Shown here one piece after another: positions 1 to 28,010 of a DNA stretch of 64,000 nucleotides (within the stretch, counting starts at the first letter, position 1; each line of letters begins with the position of its first letter). Origin of the DNA: the human T2T-CHM13v2.0 reference genome, Homo sapiens. The notes beneath the pieces are model-generated. The model ran no database searches, was not told where the DNA came from, and saw only the letters and a list, made by a program, of their open reading frames with translations. The position numbers were made by a program, and so were the translations under genes. The stretch lies in NCBI RefSeq assembly GCF_009914755.1, contig NC_060946.1; one strand, given 5' to 3'.

Positions 1-8
1 CAACCGTT

Positions 9-475
<467 letters not shown>

Positions 476-504
476 CAGGGTACTGTTATGACAAGATTTT
501 TTTT

Positions 505-592
505 AGCCAAATTTAGCACTGGGAGGTCGTATACCAAATGTAGTGACACTAATGTTAGTAAGCTCTGACAACCCACTACCATCGGACCAGCC
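505..592 (-). pseudogene. Y RNA (hY4/RNY4) retropseudogene
   Basis: Reverse complement reads GGCTGGTCCGATGGTAGTGGGTTGTCAGAGCTTACTAACATTAGTGTCACTACATTTGGTATACGACCTCCCAGTGCTAAATTTGGCT, matching hY4 with several substitutions; followed by an A8 tail (T-run 497-504). Confidence 0.93.
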
Positions 593-698
593 AAGAAGCC
601 AGATTTGATGTTGGGCATCAACAAACATCTATGACAAGGTTCCTCTTCCTGCACCCCTTTTCTTGTTTAATGGTAATATCTTCAATTTAATCACCTGA

Positions 699-1672
<974 letters not shown>

Positions 1673-1931
1673 TGAGCAGAGCTTGAAATGCAATTGTGCA
1701 GCTTGGCTGGGGTACTTTTGGTTAGTCCTCCTCTGTGAGAACAATGTGCCCCAGATAGTGGCTATTGTTCAGCATGGGTTCCAGAATAAGAAGATGTGTG
1801 CTGATCGGGCACGGTGTCTCACCCTGTAATGAGACACCTTCACTTAATGGCAGGCACCTTCATCCACACTACTGTCTCTGCCTGAGGCTCTGCCCTTTAC
1901 TTGTCTGTCACTACTTGTCCTTCAAGATTTA

Positions 1932-2565
<634 letters not shown>

Positions 2566-3158
2566 TTTTTTTTTTAAATAAGATTTACCTCCAGCCACAT
2601 CTTGTATTAAGGAACCTTCTCCCCAAGTCAGATTAGATCTCCTCTCCCTGCTCTGTGCTCCTACAGCTCCTGGTGCCCACCTACCCCTCTCTTAGCATAA
2701 AGGTCACTAACGTCACCATTCCTGGCCCTGAAGTTCCATGAGGACACAGACAGGGTTGGGTTTGTCTCTATGTTCCCTAGACTTGGTGGTCTCTCATTGC
2801 AGCCTCGCCTCCTGGGCTCAAGAGATCCTCCACCTCAGTCTCTCAAGTAGCTGGGACGACAGGTGCACACTAGCACAACCGGCAAATTTTTGTATTTTTG
2901 GTAGAGATGGGGTTTTGTGGTGTTGCCCAGGGTGGTCTCAAACACCTGAGCTCAAGCAATCCACCCACCTTGGCCTCCCAAAGTGCTGGGATTACAGGGA
3001 CGAGCCACCATGCCTGGCCTCAATGAAGTTTCTTAACCTCCTTCAACTTTTAATCTGTAAACTCTCATTACGGCAGTACCTACGTCCCTGGTTGCTGAGA
3101 AGACTGAGCGACGGAATCACACCAAGTCCTGGACAGGTGCTGCCCCCACAGGAAATTC

Positions 3159-6850
<3,692 letters not shown>

Positions 6851-6854
6851 CCTC

Positions 6855-8380
<1,526 letters not shown>

Positions 8381-8381
8381 T

Positions 8382-8510
8382 TGCCAGGGTTTGAATGTAT
8401 ATGTTCCTCCAAAAAATCATGTTGAAATCTAGTCACCAAGGTGATGATGTTAGGAGGTAGGGCTCTGGGAGGTGGTCAGGTTGATTAGGTCATGAGGGCA
8501 GAGCCTCTGC
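8382..8510 (+). mobile_element. MaLR LTR 5' fragment (MST/MLT1A-like)
   Basis: GGTTTGAATGT..CCTCCAAAA..CATGTTGAAA..GATTAGGTCATGAGGGCAGAGCCTC matches the MST/MLT1A LTR start. Confidence 0.75.
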
Positions 8511-8511
8511 C

Positions 8512-10264
8512 TTTTTTTTTTTTTTAAGGTGTGCACTTTTATTTAACTTGGTCTCAAGTCAGTGTACAGGTAAGCCCTGGCTGCCTCCACCCACTCCCAG
8601 GGAGACCAAAAGCCTTCATACATCTCAAGTTAGGGGACAAAAAAGGCGGGGCGTGAAGGCTGATCATTCAAAATAAAACAAAATAAAAAAATATTAAGGC
8701 GAAGATTTAAAAAATTTTGCATTACATAATTTACATGAAAGCAATGCTATGATCTCCCCTGTGTGGACTAGGGAAAGGACCGGGCCATTCTCCTTAGAGA
8801 GAAGTGGGGTGGCTTTTAGGGGGGCAAGGGGCTTCCTGTAACAATGCATCTCACGATATTTGGAATGACTATTAAAAAAAGAGCAATGTACAGTCAAAGT
8901 CCTCGGCCACATTGTAGAACTTTGGGGGATGCTCGCTGCAACCAGCTGCTGTCTCCTTCACTGTTCCAGTTTTTAAATCCTGAGTCAAGCCAAAAAAAAG
9001 CCCAAAACAAAACAAAACAACAACAAAAATAAAGCCATGCCAATCTTATCTTGTTTTCTATGCATTAGGTTTTGTCAAGAAAGTGTGTAATGCAACTAAG
9101 TCACAGTCCACCTAGAAGCATTCGTGGACGATGGAGGGGCCGGACTGGTCATACTTCTGCTTGCTGATCCACATCTGCTGGAAGGTAGACAGCGAGGCCA
9201 GGATGGAGCCGCTGATCCACACGGAGTACTTGCGCTCGGGAGGAGCAATGATCTTGATCTTCATCATGCTGGGTGCTAGGGCGGTGATCTTCTTCTGCAT
9301 CCTGTTGGTGATGCCAGGGTACATGGTGGTGCCGCCAGACAGCACTGTGTTGGTGTACAGGTCTTTGCAGATGTCCACGTCACACTTCATGATGTAGTTG
9401 AAGGTAGTTTTGTGGATGCCACAGGATTCCATGCCCAGGAAGGAAGGCTGGAAGAGCGCCTCGGGACAGTGGAACCGCTCGTTGCCGATGGTGATGACCT
9501 GGCCATCGAGCAGCTTGTAGCTCTTCTCCAGGGAGGAGCTGGAGGCCACCATGGCCATCTCCCGCTCGAAGTCCAGGGCGACGTAGCACAGCTTCTTGAT
9601 GTCACGCACGATTTCCCGCTCGGCCGTGGTGTGAAGCTGTAGCCGTGCTCAGTGAGGATCTCCATGAGGTAGTCAGTCAGGTCCCGGCCAGCCAGGTCCA
9701 GAGGCAGGATGGCGTGGGGGAGAGCATACCCCTTGTACATGGGCGGTACGGACGGAGGCGTACAGGGACAGCATGGCCTGGATGGCCACATACATGGCTG
9801 GGGTGTTGAAGGTCTCAAACATGATCTGGGTCATCTTCTCACAGTTGGCTTTGGGGTTCAGGGGGGCCTCGGTCAGCAGCACAGGGTGCTCCTCGGGAGC
9901 CACATGCAGCTTGTGTAGAAGATGTGGTGCCGTATCTTCTCCATGTCGTCCCCGTTGGCGATGATGCCATGCTCGATGGGGTACTTCAGGGTCAGGATGC
10001 CTCTCTTGCCCTGGGCCTCGTTGCCCACATAGGAGTCCTTCTGACCCATGCCCACCATCATGACCTGGTGCCTGGTGCACCCCACGATGGAAGGGAAGAT
10101 GGCCCAGGGGACATCGTCACCCGCGAAGCCGGCCTTGCACATGCCAGAGCTGTTGTCAACAACGAGCGCAGCAATATCATCATCCATGGTGAGCTGGCTG
10201 GGGGTGTGGACAGGCAGCCAAGCGGCGAGGGTGAGGCTCTGTGCTGCGGAGCAGACGCAGTCTC
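8512..10264 (-). pseudogene. ACTBP15: Full-length processed beta-actin pseudogene (5'UTR, disrupted CDS 9112-10187, 3'UTR, polyA)
   Basis: [12 protein letters not shown]... start at 10187, ...SIVHECF* end at 9112; intronless, frameshifted over several ORF frames; ACTB 5'UTR (GCACAGAGCCTC..CAGCTCACCATG) and 3'UTR with AATAAA (8538-8543) and polyA (8512-8525). Symbol from recollection of the locus, not verified. Confidence 0.95.
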
Positions 10265-10265
10265 C

Positions 10266-10874
<609 letters not shown>

Positions 10875-11375
10875 CTTATCTCACAATTTCTGTGGATCAG
10901 GAGTCCAGGCATAACTTAGCCAGGTCCTCTGCCCAGGGTCTTCCAGGGCTGCAATCAAGGTATGGCCTGGGCTACATTGTCATCTGGAGGCTCCAATGGG
11001 GAAGAATCTGCTTCCAAGCTCATGCAGATTGTTGGCAGAATTCATTTCCCTGTGGCTGTGTGGCTGAGGGCCCTGGCTTTTTATTGTTGGCAGGAGGCCT
11101 CTGGCAGATTCTAGAGGCCACCCAGAGTTCCTTGCCATGTAGGCTTCCTCAACATGTGGGTTATTTCATCAAGCCAGCAAGGAGAATCTACTGATTCAAT
11201 CTGCTAACATAGAGTCTTATATAACATGATATAATCTGGAAGTGACAGCCCACCACCTTTGCCATATTCCTTAGAAGTGGGTCATAGGTTCTGCCCACAT
11301 GCAAAGTGAGGGGATCACACAAGGATGTGGACACTAGGAGGTGGGAATTATTAGGATTCTCCTTAGGGTTAATCA
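10875..11375 (-). mobile_element. MaLR LTR (MLT1-family)
   Basis: TTATCTCACAATTTCTGTGGATCAGGAGTCCAGGC..GGGGAAGAATCTGCTTCCAAGCTC..TTGTTGGCAGAATTCA typical of antisense MLT1. Confidence 0.75.
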
Positions 11376-11461
11376 GCTACAACTGCTTATTGTTTTGGAA
11401 GGTGTTGCCTATTTTTTTCCCTTTTTTTTTCTTATCAATTTACAAGACCTCTATAGATTAA

Positions 11462-11822
<361 letters not shown>

Positions 11823-12789
11823 TAAATAAATCACTTAATGAATATCTCTACTGGTTTTTCTACACATTTGGCAGCAGCAACAATGATTTCATCAGCCTTA
11901 TCAAGAGTCTATTTCTCTTACCAAGAAAGCTGAGCTAGGTCAAAGCACAGAATTTTACTGAGGTTCAAGAATTTAAACTGAGGTACTGATTTGGATTTGA
12001 TTTGAAATTGCATTTACTTTGATTTATGCAAAATGAATCAAAATAGTACAAAAGATCAACCTTCAGTGAGGCTGCAAGGAGGAAGACAAGGCAGGCATTC
12101 CTCTTGTGTCTCATGGAGATGCACCTGAAGCCCTGTGGTCTTGGCATCCCATATGGAATATGATGTTTGTCAGGTTGGAGGAGCATGGAACGGTGAAGGC
12201 TTGCTGTCTTTTTTCTTTTTTTTTTCTTTTTATGAGACAGAGGTCTCACTATGTCATCTAGGCTATCGTGCAGTGGCACAATCACAGCTCATTGCAGCCT
12301 TGAAATCTTGGGCTCTAGTGATCCTCTCTCCTTAGTCTCCCGAGTAGCTGGGACTACAGGTATGCATGTGCCACCAAGCCTGGCTAATTTTCTAATTTTC
12401 TGCAGAGATGAGGTCCTGCTGTGTTGCCCAGACTGGTCTCAAACCGCTGGCTTAAATGATCCTCCCACCTTGGCCTCCCAAAGTGCTGGGACTACAGGCA
12501 TGAGCCACCATGCTTGGCCAAGGCTTGCTGTCTTGTATGCCTCTAGCAACCTTGATACCCCCAAAGTCTTACATCACTAGGCAGTGCCATACATTCCCCT
12601 CTCTTGTAAGCCACGTCACCAGTGCCCATTGTCCAGGTGCTGGGCTTTACGGATTTGCTGTGCCAGCCCTGGCCATGTCCCCCTTACTTGTGCCTGGACT
12701 GCAGAGCCAAGCAGTTGTCCAATTATTTCACACAGGCTTCTTCCTTTTGCCCAGGAAAACCACTTGGAATCATTCAAGACTCAACTCCT

Positions 12790-18085
<5,296 letters not shown>

Positions 18086-18413
18086 GTACAGGGTATTTGC
18101 CAGAGAGGGCACAAGAGGAGTGTGTAACTAGGGCTCAGAGGGATCGGGGTGGGGGGGTGCTTTATAGAAAAAGGAATATGTTAGTCGAGACCTGCAGGGT
18201 GATCAGGAATTTGTGGGTAAAGAAAGGATTGCAGTGGTGTTTCAGACAGGAGTATATGTGTGAATGTCCCAACAACAGAGAGAGCATGGCACCAGAAGAA
18301 TAGAAATAATTCCACTTGGCTGCCGGGAGGGAAGTTCAGAGAAATAAGGTAGGTAAGCATGTACCATTCCCTGCAATTGAAACTTTATCCTAACAGCAAA
18401 GAGGAACCATTGA

Positions 18414-25460
<7,047 letters not shown>

Positions 25461-27424
25461 TAACCGTATCAGTAGATACTGGTTTCGGGGTTTCTTTCGG
25501 GGTCACTTACACCCCTGCCACCTCCTCCAGTACCAATTTACCCATGGCCAAACACAGGGTGATGTGTAGGAACCTGAAAGCACGTCTCCGACCTCAGCTG
25601 CAAAACTGTGGAGTCCCACACACTAGACTTTATATTCCAGCATTTCCTCTCACCATTACATTTTTGCTTTTTTCCATCCTTACATTACCTTTACCACATT
25701 TTTGTTTTTCCCATAATTACATTAGATAAGGCAATGGCTAGACGTGGTCTTTTACTAACTTGTTCTATTGGGAGCGGACGAGAAAAAAAAAAAAGACAAA
25801 CCCTAGAAATGTCTTCAGGTCCCAGCCATGTTTAGGAAAATACTTGAAGGCTTCTGCGGTGAGAGTGCTACCTGGTAAGGGCGTATGGACACACGTGGAG
25901 GGCAAGAAATGAATTTGGGTCTGGTGCCGAAACATCTTTCCACTGCTGTGATTTTGTTTTCTGGTCAGAGTAATAATGCTCGTTGTAAAATAAATAAATA
26001 AATAATACATAAAAAGGAAAAGGAAAATTCAGAGAAAATGAAAACAACTCGTAATCAACGTGCTTTTTGGATGTGAACTGCTCCCTTTGGGAGGGCAATG
26101 GAGAAGTGAGGACGCACTGGGTATCCGGCCCGGAACAGCCGGCAGTGGGTACACCCTGCCTGGTGAATTCGACCGGGGTTTTGGGGGACCCGCCACCCAA
26201 GGGCCGAAGAGCAGGGCCGCCCTACGGGCGCTCCCATTTGGCCACCTGAGTAGCGACTTGGCGCCTTCCTCGGAGCAGCTCCGGGGTTCCGTCGTCCCGG
26301 TTCCCACTGGTCCCTTACGCAGAGACCAAAGGCAGGAACCTTCCCTCGTAACTATCCACCGACTGAAAATAGATTCTGAGTCCGCCCCCGCCCCTCCCCC
26401 CTTAAAATCCTCCCCACTCTTAAAATCCTCCCCTTTAAAGGGAGCCACAGGGTGACGCCGGGGGAGTTTGCGGAAGCGCTAACCGCGTTGGGGCCTAGGG
26501 CGGATCCCGTGATTGGGACAGGCCCCGCCCCCGGCTCCACTTCCCCCATTGTGTGAGCGGCTCGGGCCTAGGCCCCGCCCCCCTCCGGAGGCCCGGCCAC
26601 TCCCCTTTTCCACCCCCCCTTGGCTCATTTCCGGCCGCCGCCGCTACCGCTAGCCTGTAAGGAGGATTCGGCAGAGGGAAGAAACAACAGCCGCCATCTT
26701 GTTTGTGTGCTAGGCTGGGGGGGAGAGAGGGCGAGAGAGAGCGGGCGAGAGTGGGCAAGCAGGACGCCGGGCTGAGTGCTAACTGCGGGAGCCAGAGAGT
26801 GCGGAGGGGAGTCGGGTCGGAGAGAGGCGGCAGGGGCCGAGACAGTGGCAGGGGGCCCGGGGCGCACGGGCTGAGGCGACCCCCAGCCCCCTCCCGTCCG
26901 CACACACCCCCACCGCGGTCCAGCAGCCGGGCCGGCGTCGACGCCTAGGGGGGACCATTACATAACCCCGCGCCCCGCGGCGTCTTCTCCCGCCGCCGCG
27001 GGCGGCCCCGAACGGAGCCCCGGGGGGCGGGCGCTCCCAGCACCTGGCCGCCGGCGGTGGGGGCCGTAGCAGCGGCCGTATTTATTTATTTTCCGCGGGA
27101 AAGGAAGGCGAAGGAGGGGAGCGCGGCGCGAGGAGGGGCCGCCTGCGCCGCCGCCGGAGCGGGGCCTCCTCGGTGGGCTCCGCGTCGGCGCGGGCGTGCG
27201 GGCGGCGCTGCTCGGCCCGGCCCCCTCGGCCCTCTGGTCCGGCCAGCTCCGCTCCCGGCGTCCTTGCCGCGCCTCCGCCGGCCGCCGCGCGATGTGAGGC
27301 GGCGGCGCCAGCCTGGCTCTCGGCTCGGGCGAGTTCTCTGCGGCCATTAGGGGCCGGTGCGGCGGCGGCGGCGCGGAGCGCGGCGGCAGGAGGAGGGTTC
27401 GGAGGGTGGGGGCGCAGGCCCGGG

Positions 27425-27478
27425 AGGGGGCACCGGGAGGAGGTGAGTGTCTCTTGTCGCCTCCTCCTCTCCCCCCTT
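27425..27478 (+). ncRNA. MIR1281: mir-1281 annotated hairpin (mature ~27457-27473)
   Basis: AGGGGGCACCGGGAGGAGGTGAGTGTCTCTTGTCGCCTCCTCCTCTCCCCCCTT recognised as hsa-mir-1281; GGAGGAGGTGA pairs with TCGCCTCCTCC. Confidence 0.85.
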
Positions 27479-27540
27479 TTCGCCCCCGCCTCCTTGTGGC
27501 GATGAGAAGGAGGAGGACAGCGCCGAGGAGGAAGAGGTTG

Positions 27541-27615
27541 ATGGCGGCGGCGGAGCTCCGAGAGACCTCGGCTGGGCAGGGGCCGGCCGTGGCGGGCCGG
27601 GGACTGCGCCTCTAG
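27541..27615 (+). other. Upstream ORF in EP300 5'UTR (24 aa, MAAAELRETSAGQGPAVAGRGLRL)
   Basis: ATG 27541 (TTGATGG) to TAG 27613-27615; only ATG between ~27505 and the main start; translation not shown. Confidence 0.55.
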
Positions 27616-27916
27616 AGCCGCGAGTTCTCGGGAATTCGCCGCAGCGGACGCGCTCGGCGAATTTGTGCTCTTGTGCCCTCCTCCGGGCTTGGGCCCAGGC
27701 CCGGCCCCTCGCACTTGCCCTTACCTTTTCTATCGAGTCCGCATCCCTCTCCAGCCACTGCGACCCGGCGAAGAGAAAAAGGAACTTCCCCCACCCCCTC
27801 GGGTGCCGTCGGAGCCCCCCAGCCCACCCCTGGGTGCGGCGCGGGGACCCCGGGCCGAAGAAGAGATTTCCTGAGGATTCTGGTTTTCCTCGCTTGTATC
27901 TCCGAAAGAATTAAAA

Positions 27917-28010
27917 ATGGCCGAGAATGTGGTGGAACCGGGGCCGCCTTCAGCCAAGCGGCCTAAACTCTCATCTCCGGCCCTCTCGGCGTCCGCCAGC
28001 GATGGCACAG
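27917..28010 (+). CDS. EP300: EP300 coding exon 1 (aa 1-31, NLS KRPK)
   Basis: AAAATGG start; MAENVVEPGPPSAKRPKLSSPALSASASDGT; 94 nt ending in donor CAG|GTTAGT (phase 1). Confidence 0.98.

Noticed and set aside
12186-12199. 14-nt match TGGAACGGTGAAGG to the ACTB 3'UTR near the pseudogene
   Set aside because: Too short, flanks do not extend; likely coincidence
26029-28008. Long overlapping Ala/Gly/Pro/Arg-rich ORFs on both strands of the CpG island (e.g. 27082-27714 -, 27447-27914 +)
   Set aside because: Expected from stop-codon scarcity in GC-rich DNA; mostly non-ATG starts; no recognisable domain
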